Of a stretch of DNA of 64,000 nucleotides, positions 9,013 through 18,225 are shown in pieces; positions within the stretch are counted from its first letter, which is position 1; the number at the start of each line of letters is the position of its first letter. The translations under genes were made by a program, and so were the position numbers. The stretch is from an uncultured Actinomycetota bacterium (lineage in GTDB: Bacteria; Actinomycetota; Actinomycetes; Propionibacteriales; Nocardioidaceae): contig CAWAFS010000031.1 in assembly GCA_963781335.1 (NCBI GenBank), positions 54,059-118,058 on the forward strand. Direction: 5' to 3'. The notes under the pieces are model-generated. The model searched no databases. It saw only the letters and a list, made by a program, of their open reading frames with translations, and was not told where the DNA came from.

Positions 9013-9171
9013 AGGAGGGCGCACTCACCTGCCGCGTTGGGGACGGCTAAGCTCGCCGGGATCTGCCGCGGCCCACGCGCTCCAAGCAGGCATCGTCGTA
9101 CAACCTTCGACGCCATGACGAGCATTTTCGATGGCTACGTTGCCAGCGGTCGCTGATGGGACACTGCGCAG

Positions 9172-9804
9172 GTGCACCGAATGTCTCGCTCACATGCGCT
9201 CACCACCGTCGCATTCGGTACGCCGGCACTTGCCCTGGCCGTGGCCGGGTTGTTCCACCCGCACCGCCTCGGTTACGACTCGGCGCAGCGCTGGTTCCTT
9301 CTGCACATCGCCGGCCTGGTCGCCTTTCCTCTCGCCGGGGTGGCGCTGACCGCACTCATGGGCCGCCGGCGGGACGTCCTCGCGTGGGCGGCGCGGGTCG
9401 CGGCCTACCTCTATGCGACGTTCTACACCGCGCTGGACGTGGTCAGCGGGATCGCGGCGGGATACCTCACCCGCGAGCTCGGACCGGGCACACCTAGGCC
9501 CGACGAGGTCCGCCTGCTGTTCCGAATCGGCACCCCGCTCGGTGAGATCGGCTCGTGGGCGCTCCTTGTCTGCTGCGCACTCATCGCGGCCGACCAGTTG
9601 CATCGCCACGGGCTGGCCGCCCTTCCCGGGCTGCTGCTCGTGCCGGGTGCCTGGCTGGTGCACGTCGATCACATCTTCGCGCCCACGGGTGCAGCCGGCA
9701 TGGCCCTGATCGGCTTCGCAACGGCCTGGCTGGCTGCGCTCGCGACCAAGCCACCAGCGCGCCTGTCGCCGGACGAGACCACGTGGTCGGGAATCGCGTC
9801 ATAG
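9172..9804 (+). CDS. hypothetical integral membrane protein
   Basis: 210 aa with about six hydrophobic segments. GTG 9172 or ATG 9181 start. Confidence 0.55.
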   Translation: MHRMSRSHALTTVAFGTPALALAVAGLFHPHRLGYDSAQRWFLLHIAGLVAFPLAGVALTALMGRRRDVLAWAARVAAYLYATFYTALDVVSGIAAGYLTRELGPGTPRPDEVRLLFRIGTPLGEIGSWALLVCCALIAADQLHRHGLAALPGLLLVPGAWLVHVDHIFAPTGAAGMALIGFATAWLAALATKPPARLSPDETTWSGIAS

Positions 9805-9840
9805 CAGGGAAGTCGCGAGGCAGGGAAGTCGCGAGGCAGG
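9804..9840. repeat. 16-bp tandem duplication GCAGGGAAGTCGCGAG x2 plus a partial third unit
   Basis: Read directly. Begins at the last base of the stop codon of the 9172..9804 ORF. Confidence 0.85.
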
Positions 9841-9982
9841 CAAGCCTGCACGAACGGGTGACAGGTTGGGTCACGCAGCCTGAGTGGCTGTCCTCGCCGG
9901 TGCCGTGACAGCCCGCGAGTTCCTCCTCACCCACGTGGATCCTGAACTTCCCGAACACCTGCCATCGTGCAGCAAGGGGACG

Positions 9983-11290
9983 TTAGGCGGCGTCGTCGAG
10001 CAGTCGTCTGATCCGTTGCTCGATGCTCATGACGGGTGGGTCGCCAGGCTGTGGGGGAGGGCTGGATCGGTAGCGATGTCCCGTGGGCGTGGTGATCTCG
10101 ACGCGATGTCGGTCGGAGGTGACGAGGTCGGTGCGCCAGCCTGGGGTCTCCTTGATGTAGTTGCAGGATTCGCAGAGGCCCTGGCCGTTCGCGGCGGTCG
10201 TTGGTCCACCGTCGCTGGCTCGGCGGATGTGGTCGACGTGGGCGATGGGGGCGTCGCACCAAGGGGTGCGGCAGGTCTGGTCGCGGAGCACGAGCAGTCG
10301 GCGGAGCGTGCCGCGGAAGGTGCGGCGCTGGCTGTCCATTGCGACGAGCTCGCCAGTGGTGGGGGCGGTGAAGAGCCGGTGGATCCAGGCCCGGTCGGCG
10401 TCGCGGACGATCCGGCGGGCCAGGAACCCCGGGATGGTGCCGTAGCCCGAGACGTAGGCAGGTTCGTGGTCGCCACGGAGCAGCGTGCGCTCGTTCATCA
10501 CGAGCTGGACCTCGACGCCACCGACGGCGGACTGCTGCCCAGTGAGGCGGGTGTAGAAGCTGTCGGCCATGATCTGGCTGAGGGTGCGCGTGTCGCCCTC
10601 CGCGCGCAGAGTCTTGGCGTGCCGGCGCAAGGCGGCGTAGACGGCGACTCCTTGCGCGACTGGCAACAGGCCGGTGACGTTGGTCATCGTGTCGGGTGCA
10701 GGTCGGATGGTGACGCGTCGGTCGGTCTCGGCCTTCTGGTTGCGGCGCAGCGCTGCCCCGGGGTCGAGGCGGTAGGCGATCGTGCGTGCGAGGTCAGCGA
10801 CCCGTCGGTCTCCGGCGCCGACGAGCTGGGGCGCGAGCTCGGCGTCGACCTGCCTCCGGTCCTCGCGGGTCAGGGTCGCGGTCTCGCGAACGATCAGGGT
10901 CGCGCGCCACTCGGAGATCTTGCCGTGCGTCAGTCCCTCGAGGGTGTGCGGCAGGTCGCGGACCAGGCCGAGCGCGAGACCGAGGTGCTGCTGGCCTCGG
11001 GCCGGTGACTCGCGTCGAGCAAGTGCGACCTGGGCGGCGATGCCGCGCGAGACCTCACTTGTCGACTTCAAGGAGGGTGCTGCGTCGCGCTGGGAGCGGT
11101 CGAAGGCCTCGGTGATCCTGGCCTGCGCAGCGGCGGCAGCGGCCTTGAGCGACTCCAGCTCCCCGATCCGGTCGATGCGCTCGCGGTCGCTCAGATCATG
11201 CCCGTCGTGCCGCGCCAGCGACTCGATCCAGGCAGCCGGGTCCACCGGCAAGACGCCGGGGGAGTGGGGTTGCCGCAATGAATCGAACAT
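9983..11290 (-). CDS. DUF222 / HNH endonuclease (13E12-repeat-family-like protein)
   Basis: MFDSLRQ...IGELESLKAAAAAAQARITEAF is a DUF222-type N-terminus. C-terminal HNH region is RDQTCRTPWCDAPIAHVDHIRRASDGGPTTAANGQGLCESCNY. Start set at ATG 11290, because the track ORF extends upstream into ycaQ. Confidence 0.85.
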   Translation of the reverse strand: MFDSLRQPHSPGVLPVDPAAWIESLARHDGHDLSDRERIDRIGELESLKAAAAAAQARITEAFDRSQRDAAPSLKSTSEVSRGIAAQVALARRESPARGQQHLGLALGLVRDLPHTLEGLTHGKISEWRATLIVRETATLTREDRRQVDAELAPQLVGAGDRRVADLARTIAYRLDPGAALRRNQKAETDRRVTIRPAPDTMTNVTGLLPVAQGVAVYAALRRHAKTLRAEGDTRTLSQIMADSFYTRLTGQQSAVGGVEVQLVMNERTLLRGDHEPAYVSGYGTIPGFLARRIVRDADRAWIHRLFTAPTTGELVAMDSQRRTFRGTLRRLLVLRDQTCRTPWCDAPIAHVDHIRRASDGGPTTAANGQGLCESCNYIKETPGWRTDLVTSDRHRVEITTPTGHRYRSSPPPQPGDPPVMSIEQRIRRLLDDAA

Positions 11291-11401
11291 ACGTTCGAGT
11301 CTACCAAACCGGGAGAACACGTCAAGGGGAGGCGGGCAAATCTGTGGATCAATCCGACGAGCGACCTGCCGAGCGCATCGAGGGCCGTCTAACCTGCGTG
11401 G

Positions 11402-12445
11402 GTGCTCACCCTGCGCGACCGGAACCGCACGCTGCTGCGACGGCAACACCTGCTGGAGCGCACCACGATGTCGGCGCTGAGGATGGTCGAGCACCTCGTC
11501 GGCCTGCAGGCGCAGGAGAACCTGCCGCCCTACCTCTCGCTCGCGGCCCGGATCCAGGACTTCGACCCGCTCGAGCTGTCCGGGGCTCTCGAGAGCAAGG
11601 ACGCGGTTCGGTTCCTGACGATGCGAGGCACCATCCACGTGCTCGTACCTGACGATGCGTTGTCGTTGCGACCCTGGGTGCAGCACGCGCTCGACCAGCA
11701 GAGTGCCTCCAACCAGATGAGCCGCCCGGCGAAGTCCGTGCCGGTCGAAGACCTGGTCGCCGCGACCCGACGACTCCTCGAACCGGGTCCGCTGCCCGTC
11801 AAGGCGCTGGGTCAGCTGCTCGGGAAGGACTTCCCCGGCGTACCCGCCGGTGCGCTCGCGCACACGGCGCGTGAGCGGGTGCCGATGGTCCAGGTCCCGC
11901 CTCGAGGGCTGTGGAAGCGGTCTGGCGGCGTCGTCTACCAGACGGTCGAGAACTACCTCGGCCAGTCACAGAGCGAGGTCGACCTGCCCGAGCTCGTGCG
12001 CCGCTACCTGCGGGCGTTCGGACCTGGCACCGCTGCGGACATGACCGCGTGGTCTCGGGTGACCAGGCTCGGCCCGGTCTTCGAGTCGATGAGGGACGAG
12101 CTCGTGGTGGTGGAGTGCGAGGACGGCAGGCGGAGGTACGACGTGCCGGGTGCGCCGTACGCCGAGGGGGACACGCCCGCACCGGTCCGCCTGCTCGGCG
12201 CCTACGACAACGTGTGGCTCTCGCACTCAAGTCGTGAGCACATCGTCCCGCCCGACGTGGGCCCGCGGTGGATGGGCGCGAACGGTGGCGTCGGCAGCAC
12301 GATCTTCGTCGACGGCTTCATGGCCGGCCTGTGGTGGGTCCGCGACGGCCGCATCGTGACCGACGTCTTCAGAAGCCTGTCGACACGCGAGCAGGGCGAG
12401 CTGGACGCCGAGGTTGCCCGCGTCGACGCGCTGCTGTCCGGGTGA
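11402..12445 (+). CDS. winged-helix DNA-binding protein, YcaQ/DUF1006 family (DNA glycosylase-like)
   Basis: LRDRNRTLLRRQHLLERT...VEHLVGLQAQ...MRGTIHVL is the characteristic N-terminal pattern of this family. GTG start. Confidence 0.7.
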   Translation: MLTLRDRNRTLLRRQHLLERTTMSALRMVEHLVGLQAQENLPPYLSLAARIQDFDPLELSGALESKDAVRFLTMRGTIHVLVPDDALSLRPWVQHALDQQSASNQMSRPAKSVPVEDLVAATRRLLEPGPLPVKALGQLLGKDFPGVPAGALAHTARERVPMVQVPPRGLWKRSGGVVYQTVENYLGQSQSEVDLPELVRRYLRAFGPGTAADMTAWSRVTRLGPVFESMRDELVVVECEDGRRRYDVPGAPYAEGDTPAPVRLLGAYDNVWLSHSSREHIVPPDVGPRWMGANGGVGSTIFVDGFMAGLWWVRDGRIVTDVFRSLSTREQGELDAEVARVDALLSG

Positions 12446-12469
12446 ACAACGCGGGGCACCGAGCGACGC

Positions 12470-12506
12470 GTGACTAGTCCAGGAACACCGTTCATCCCCC
12501 CGAAAC
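12470..12506 (+). promoter_or_regulatory. candidate GlnR-type operator (two GTnnC/A-N7-GnAAC units)
   Basis: GTGAC-tagtcca-GGAAC-acc-GTTCA-tcccccc-GAAAC, read directly upstream of the glutamine synthetase gene. Confidence 0.35.
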
Positions 12507-12599
12507 ATGGCCGACATCCCCGGTGCGGAAGCCAATCTAGGTTGGGTGCGTCGATCCTCCACCGCCGCGACCAGCGGCTTCGTTCAAGGGACAACCAAC

Positions 12600-14774
12600 G
12601 TGAGTGGAAACAACGTTCGCCTGCAGGCGATCAAAGATGTCGAGGCCTATGTTCCGCCCGCTGTGAGCTTCGCGCTCACCGAGACGCCCGGCGAGATCTT
12701 CGGTGAGAACGTGTTCAGCAAGACCGTGATGCAGAAGCGGCTCCCGAAGTCGGTCTACAAGTCGGTGCTTGCGACCATCGAGCACGCAGCACCGCTCGAC
12801 CCGGCCATGGCCGATGCGGTCGCCTCGGCGATGAAGGACTGGGCGATGGAGAAGGGCGCCACCCACTACGCCCACGTCTTCTACCCGCTCACCGGCCTGA
12901 CCGCGGAGAAGCACGACAGCTTCCTGGAGCCCGCCGGTGACGGCTCCGCCCTCGCGGAGTTCTCCGGCAAGACCCTGGTCCAGGGTGAGCCCGACGCGTC
13001 CAGCTTCCCGAACGGTGGCCTGCGCAACACCTTCGAGGCCCGCGGCTACACCGGCTGGGACGCGACCAGCCCGGCGTACGTGCTGGAGAACCCGAACGGC
13101 AACACGCTGTGCATCCCCACGGTGTTCGTGTCGATGACCGGCGAGGCGCTGGACCACAAGACGCCGCTTCTGCGGGCCCAGCAGGCGATGGCCGACCACG
13201 CCGAGCGGATCCTGCGGCTGTTCGGGCACGAGCCCGAACGAGTCGTGTCCTACTGCGGTGCGGAGCAGGAGTACTTCCTGATCGACCGCCACTTCTTCCT
13301 CGCCCGGCCTGACCTGCTGAACTCCGGCCGCACGCTCTTCGGGACCAAGCCGCCCAAGGGGCAGGAGTTCGACGACCACTACTTCGGCGCCATTCCCGAG
13401 CGGGTCCTCGGCTTCATGATGGACACTGAGCGAGAGTTGTTCAAGCTGGGGATCCCGGCCAAGACGCGGCACAACGAGGTCGCTCCCGGCCAGTTCGAGA
13501 TCGCGCCGATGTTCGAGCGCGGCAACGTCGCGGCAGATCACCAGCAGCTGCTGATGACGACCTTCAAGACGGTCGCGAAGAAGCACGGCATGGAATGCCT
13601 GTTCCACGAGAAGCCGTTCGAGGGTGTCAACGGCTCGGGCAAGCACGTGAACTTCTCGCTGGGCAACGCCACGGAGGGCAACCTGCTGCTGCCGGGGGAC
13701 AACCCCCACGACAATGCGCAGTTCCTGGTGTTCTGCGCGGCCGTCATCCGAGCCGTGCACAAGTTCGGTGGCCTGCTGCGCGCCTCGGTCGCGTCTGCCT
13801 CCAACGACCACCGTCTCGGCGCCAACGAGGCTCCGCCGGCGATCATCTCGATCTTCCTCGGAGACCAGCTGACCGACGTCTTCGACCAGATCGCGAAGGG
13901 CGGTGCGACGTCCTCGAAGGACAACGGCACCCTGAAGGTCGGCGTGGACACCATTCCGGTCCTGCCGACCGACCCCGGCGACCGCAACCGCACCAGCCCG
14001 TTCGCGTTCACGGGGAACCGGTTCGAGTTCCGTGCGCCGGGCTCGATGCAGACGGTGGCCGGCCCGATGGTCATCCTGAACGCGATCATGGCGGAGGCGC
14101 TCGACCACATCGCCACCAGCCTGGAGACCGCCCGGGCCGACGGGGTCGAGTTCAACACCTCCGTGCAGAACGTCCTGGCGGAGATCATCGACAACCACGG
14201 TGCAGTCGTCTTCAACGGGGACGGGTACTCCGAGGAGTGGCAGCAGCAGGCCGCCTCACGTGGGCTGCCGAACCTCCGCACCACGCTGGACGCGCTGCCG
14301 GAGCTCGTCTCCGAGGAGTCCATGGAGCTGTTCGCGCGCTACCAGATCTTCAACCACCGCGAGATGCACAGCCGCTACGAGATCGGCCTGGAGCACTACA
14401 CCCTGAGCATCGGCGTCGAGGCGCGATCCACGCTCGAGATCGGCACGACCGCCGTGCTGCCGGCCGCGATGCGCTACCAGACCGAGGTAGCGCTCAACCT
14501 GGGTGCTCTCAAGGCCGCCGGGGTCGAGACCGACACGACGTCCCTCGAAGCAGTGTCGGCTCCGCTGGCCGATCTCCGGAGCGCGCTCACGACCCTGGGC
14601 CAGGCTCTGCAGGCCGATGTGGGGTCGACCCCGCTGGCGGAGGCCGAGCACGCGCGCGACGTGCTCCTTCCCGCGATGACCGAAGTGCGTTCCGCCGCTG
14701 ACCTGATCGAGGGAGTTGTGGCCGACGACCTGTGGCCGCTCCCGACCTACCAGGAGATGCTCTACATCCTGTGA
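12600..14774 (+). CDS. glnN: glutamine synthetase, type III
   Basis: About 724 aa from GTG 12600 ([11 protein letters not shown]...). The [24 protein letters not shown]-terminal domain and length fit GS-III. The ATG at 12507 used by the track abuts the putative operator and is less likely. Confidence 0.88.
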   Translation: MSGNNVRLQAIKDVEAYVPPAVSFALTETPGEIFGENVFSKTVMQKRLPKSVYKSVLATIEHAAPLDPAMADAVASAMKDWAMEKGATHYAHVFYPLTGLTAEKHDSFLEPAGDGSALAEFSGKTLVQGEPDASSFPNGGLRNTFEARGYTGWDATSPAYVLENPNGNTLCIPTVFVSMTGEALDHKTPLLRAQQAMADHAERILRLFGHEPERVVSYCGAEQEYFLIDRHFFLARPDLLNSGRTLFGTKPPKGQEFDDHYFGAIPERVLGFMMDTERELFKLGIPAKTRHNEVAPGQFEIAPMFERGNVAADHQQLLMTTFKTVAKKHGMECLFHEKPFEGVNGSGKHVNFSLGNATEGNLLLPGDNPHDNAQFLVFCAAVIRAVHKFGGLLRASVASASNDHRLGANEAPPAIISIFLGDQLTDVFDQIAKGGATSSKDNGTLKVGVDTIPVLPTDPGDRNRTSPFAFTGNRFEFRAPGSMQTVAGPMVILNAIMAEALDHIATSLETARADGVEFNTSVQNVLAEIIDNHGAVVFNGDGYSEEWQQQAASRGLPNLRTTLDALPELVSEESMELFARYQIFNHREMHSRYEIGLEHYTLSIGVEARSTLEIGTTAVLPAAMRYQTEVALNLGALKAAGVETDTTSLEAVSAPLADLRSALTTLGQALQADVGSTPLAEAEHARDVLLPAMTEVRSAADLIEGVVADDLWPLPTYQEMLYIL

Positions 14775-14776
14775 GG

Positions 14777-16309
14777 TCAGGCGCTGTTGCGCATGCTCCT
14801 GCGCCGCTCGGGGGCACCGTTAACGGAGGTTGAAGCATCGCCGTACCAGATGGCCAGGCGTCCGCCCTTGCCGATGGCGCGGAGTCGCCGCTCCGTAGCC
14901 GCGCGCACGTCGTCGGAGACCGCCAGCACCAGGTGGTCGCCGACGTGGAGCGAGGTGTGCGCGTCAGGCACGAAGATCTGGCCGTGGCGATGGACGAGCG
15001 CCAGGGCGGCGTTCGCTGGAAGGCGCAGGTCGGTCACGTAGACACCCGCCATCCGGGAGCCCTCGGGGACCTGGAACTGCAGGAGGCTCGCGTCCATCTC
15101 CTCGAGAGGCGCGGACTCGACCTGCAGCTCTCGAGGGACTCCTTCCAGGGCAACTCCCGTACGACGCGCCGCCCAGGGCAACAGCGGAGCCTGCAGCAAG
15201 GTGAACGAGGCCACGAGCAGGAACACGACATCGAAGATCCTGTCGGCCGAAGGCAGGCCACGCGCAACGGGGATCGTCGCCAGCACGATGGGCACCGCGC
15301 CGCGCAGCCCGGCCCACGACATGAAGAGCTGATGCCTGAGCGGCACCCTGAACCAGGACGCGCAGACGAACATCGAGATCGGGCGCGCGAAGAAGGTCAG
15401 CGCGATGCCCACCAGCGTCGCGGGCCAGATCGCGTCGACAAGACGCTCGGGGCTCGCGAGCAGACCGAGGAGGACGAACAGGCCGATCTGTGAGAGCCAG
15501 GCGAGGCCGTCGGCGAACCCGGCCGTGACCTGTCGGTGGGGCAGACGTGCGTTGCCCAGCCACACGCCCGCGACGTAGATGGCCATCAGCCCGCTCGCCT
15601 GGGCCAGACCCCCGACAGCGAACGCCAGGAACAGGATCGCGACGGTCGCCAACGGGTAGAGCCCTGCGGAGGGCAGGGCGCTGCGAGAGAGAAGCCACTG
15701 GCCCACCCGGGCCACCGCGATGCCGATCAGCACCCCGGCGGCCAGCTGGTAGAGGACCGTTCCCCCGATCTGCAAGGGGTCCGTGGAGTTCCAGGCGTCG
15801 CTCGCCACCACGGTGACCAGGATGATGACAGGGGGATCGTTGAACCCGGACTCCGCCTCGAGGGTGGCCCGAACACGTGGCACGATGGGCAGCCGCCGCA
15901 TGATCGAGAAGGTCGCAGCGGCGTCGGTGGAGCCCACCACGGCGCCGAGCAGCAACGCGGTGCGCACGTCCACCTCCAGCACCAAGTAGGTGATCGCGGC
16001 CGTGATGGCGACACTCACCGCGACCCCCAGAGTCGCGAGAAGCCCGGCCAGGCGGACAACTGGCCGGATCACCTCAGCCTTGGTGCTGAGTCCGCCTTCG
16101 GCCAGGATGAACGCGAGCGCCACTGTGCCGAGGAGCATGGTGAGGTCCACGTCGTCGAACTCGAAGCCCAGACCCCCCTCTCCGAGCAACAGGCCGAAGA
16201 CCAGGTAGATCAGCAGGCTGGGGAGCCCCGCACGAGCGGAGATCCGAACCGCCGCCACCCCTGCGAGAAGCACCAGTGTGCCGACCAGGATGGCGCCGTT
16301 CAGGTCCAT
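14777..16309 (-). CDS. potassium/proton antiporter (CPA1, NhaP2-like) with C-terminal TrkA-C domain
   Basis: About 12 TM segments, N-terminus MDLNGAILVGTLVLLAGVAAVRISARAGLPSLLIYL, soluble C-terminal regulatory domain. Confidence 0.85.
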   Translation of the reverse strand: MDLNGAILVGTLVLLAGVAAVRISARAGLPSLLIYLVFGLLLGEGGLGFEFDDVDLTMLLGTVALAFILAEGGLSTKAEVIRPVVRLAGLLATLGVAVSVAITAAITYLVLEVDVRTALLLGAVVGSTDAAATFSIMRRLPIVPRVRATLEAESGFNDPPVIILVTVVASDAWNSTDPLQIGGTVLYQLAAGVLIGIAVARVGQWLLSRSALPSAGLYPLATVAILFLAFAVGGLAQASGLMAIYVAGVWLGNARLPHRQVTAGFADGLAWLSQIGLFVLLGLLASPERLVDAIWPATLVGIALTFFARPISMFVCASWFRVPLRHQLFMSWAGLRGAVPIVLATIPVARGLPSADRIFDVVFLLVASFTLLQAPLLPWAARRTGVALEGVPRELQVESAPLEEMDASLLQFQVPEGSRMAGVYVTDLRLPANAALALVHRHGQIFVPDAHTSLHVGDHLVLAVSDDVRAATERRLRAIGKGGRLAIWYGDASTSVNGAPERRRSMRNSA

Positions 16310-16312
16310 CCG

Positions 16313-16450
16313 TCACGGCCCCGGAGGGTGCGTGACGAGTCGGCGCAGCTCGAAGGTCTCGCTCGTCGTCGTGGTGATCGCCCAGGGATGACGCGGGGAG
16401 GGCGGCGTACGCCGACGCCGCAGCTGGGACACCCTGGTCGCCATCGTCAT
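16313..16450 (-). CDS. possible 45-aa upstream ORF coupled to the antiporter gene
   Basis: GGAGGAGG Shine-Dalgarno, then ATGACGATG. High GC3. Stop TGA lies 3 nt before the antiporter ATG. Peptide: MTMATRVSQLRRRRTPPSPRHPWAITTTTSETFELRRLVTHPPGP. Confidence 0.3.
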   Translation of the reverse strand: MTMATRVSQLRRRRTPPSPRHPWAITTTTSETFELRRLVTHPPGP

Positions 16451-16616
16451 CGCCTCCTCCAAGCTGGCGCGGTAACCCCGACCAGATGGTGGGCGGGGTC
16501 CCGCACCACCAGTGTCCTGGTCCGCGACCCGCATCCACATGGGGTCTGCTCCCCACTTCGGGCCAGGAGTGTGGACGGATGGACACCGGCGTCCGCGGTG
16601 GACGAGGGTGGCCGGC

Positions 16617-17576
16617 ATGATCTCCATGCACGGGTTCTCGCTCACCTCACGAGTGGTCCTGATCAACGGGCTGCTCTTCGGCCTGGGCACGGCCCTGTTG
16701 GCGCTCTCGCCGGCCACGGTGTCCCAGCGACCGCTGCAGTCCGAGATGGCCGTGCTCGTCGTCGGGCTGGGTGTGATGATCCTGGCCAACTCGCTCCTGG
16801 TGGGGGCGACCCTGCGCCCCCTGGACCGGCTGGTGGGGCACCTCGACCGGGCGCGCACCACCGATCCGATCGAACGCGTGCCGGTGCCGTCGGCCGGGAT
16901 GGCGCGTCAGCTGGCAGCGGCGGTCAATGATCTCCTCGCCCGGATCGAGACCGGGCAGCGGCAGAGCAACGTCGCGGCGCTCGCGGCGCAGGAGTCGGAG
17001 CGGGCCCGGATCGCGCAAGAGCTCCACGACGGCGTCGGTCAGTCGTTGACGGCGCTCCTGCTCGAGATCGGCACGCTCGCGGAGACCCGGCCGACGGCCG
17101 AGGCGATGCATCGGCTGCGCGAGGGGACCCGGTCCAGCCTGGACGAGGTCCGGGAGGTCGCGCGACGGCTGCGGCCCCACGTCCTCGAGGATCTCGGTCT
17201 CCGCAGCGCTCTGGCCGCCTTGACGACCGACCTCTTCACCCACGTCGACACCCATGTCCGACGGGGGATCATGCCCGGTCTTCCGGCGCTCGACGACGCG
17301 GTCGAGCTCGTGGTGTTCCGGGTGGCGCAGGAGGCACTCACCAACGTCGCACGCCACGCGCAGGCACAGACCGTGGAACTGTCCCTGGGCATGCGGGGCG
17401 CCAACCTGGTGCTGACGATCGGCGACGACGGGGTCGGCATCGCCCGCGACGCCGATGGGACCGGACTTCGGGGGATGCGCGAGCGTGCACTGCTCGTCGA
17501 CGCGGACCTCGTCGTAGGCCGGAGGGACGGCGGCGGCACGACGGTGACGCTCACCGTCCCGGTGACGCCACGATGA
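16617..17576 (+). CDS. sensor histidine kinase (HisKA_3 / NarX-like)
   Basis: Two N-terminal TM helices, H-box ERARIAQELHDGVGQSL, HATPase_c region (GDDGVGI...GLRGMRERA). Start at ATG 16617 preferred over 16512. Confidence 0.88.
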   Translation: MISMHGFSLTSRVVLINGLLFGLGTALLALSPATVSQRPLQSEMAVLVVGLGVMILANSLLVGATLRPLDRLVGHLDRARTTDPIERVPVPSAGMARQLAAAVNDLLARIETGQRQSNVAALAAQESERARIAQELHDGVGQSLTALLLEIGTLAETRPTAEAMHRLREGTRSSLDEVREVARRLRPHVLEDLGLRSALAALTTDLFTHVDTHVRRGIMPGLPALDDAVELVVFRVAQEALTNVARHAQAQTVELSLGMRGANLVLTIGDDGVGIARDADGTGLRGMRERALLVDADLVVGRRDGGGTTVTLTVPVTPR

Positions 17577-18223
17577 GAGCCGCGCGCATCCTGCTCGCCG
17601 ACGACCACGCGCTCGTACGCCGCGGCGTGCGGACCATCCTGGACAACCAGCCGGACCTGACCGTCGTGGCGGAGGCGGCCGACGGAGCCGAGGCGGTGGA
17701 GCGGCTCCGCGACACGGAGGTGGACCTTGCCATTCTGGACGTGGCGATGCCCCGCCTCACCGGCCTGCAGGCAGCCCGCGAGATCTCCCGGCGGAAGGAC
17801 CCGCCCAAGATCCTGATGCTGTCGATGCACGACAACGAGCAGTACTTCTTCGAGTCGCTGCGCGTCGGCGCTTGCGGCTACGTCCTCAAGTCGGTGGCCG
17901 ACCGGGACCTTGTCGACGCCTGCCGGGCGGCTCTGCGCGGGGAGTCGTTCCTCTATCCGGGCGCCGAGAGCGCGCTGGTCAAGGACTACCTCGAACGGAT
18001 GCGGCGGGGTGAACGGCTCCCGCGCGCAGTCCTCACTCCGCGCGAGGACGAGGTGGTGAAGCTCATTGCGGAGGGGCACTCCTCACGCGAGATCGCCCAG
18101 GTGCTGACCATCAGTGTGAAGACCGTCGAACGCCACCGCGAGAACGTCTTGCAGAAGCTCGGGATGCGGGACCGGACCGAGCTCACCCGCTACGCGATCC
18201 GGGCAGGCCTGATCGAACCCTGA
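17573..18223 (+). CDS. response regulator, NarL/LuxR family
   Basis: REC domain (ILLADDH...DLAILDVAMP) plus LuxR HTH (LTPREDEVVKLIAEGHSSREIAQVLTISVKTVERHR). ATGA overlap with the kinase gene. Confidence 0.93.
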   Translation: MRAARILLADDHALVRRGVRTILDNQPDLTVVAEAADGAEAVERLRDTEVDLAILDVAMPRLTGLQAAREISRRKDPPKILMLSMHDNEQYFFESLRVGACGYVLKSVADRDLVDACRAALRGESFLYPGAESALVKDYLERMRRGERLPRAVLTPREDEVVKLIAEGHSSREIAQVLTISVKTVERHRENVLQKLGMRDRTELTRYAIRAGLIEP

Positions 18224-18225
18224 CG

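Noticed and set aside
5034-9982. Whether the regularly recurring short repeats could be a CRISPR array
   Set aside because: The conserved core is only 6-20 nt. The intervening segments are 0.1-1.3 kb and contain genes. There are no cas genes.
9982-9988. GTTAGGC, a perfect integron core-site (GTTRRRY) match at the islet edge
   Set aside because: The degenerate 7-mer is expected many times by chance in 64 kb. It overlaps the HNH stop codon, no IntI gene is present, and the other junction repeats lack it.
11291-11863. 191-aa N-terminal extension of the DUF222/HNH ORF
   Set aside because: It overlaps the ycaQ-family gene on the other strand and has no DUF222 similarity. The family-typical N-terminus MFDSL... 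starts at ATG 11290.
12537-14198. 553-aa minus-strand ORF
   Set aside because: Shadow frame antisense to the type III glutamine synthetase gene.
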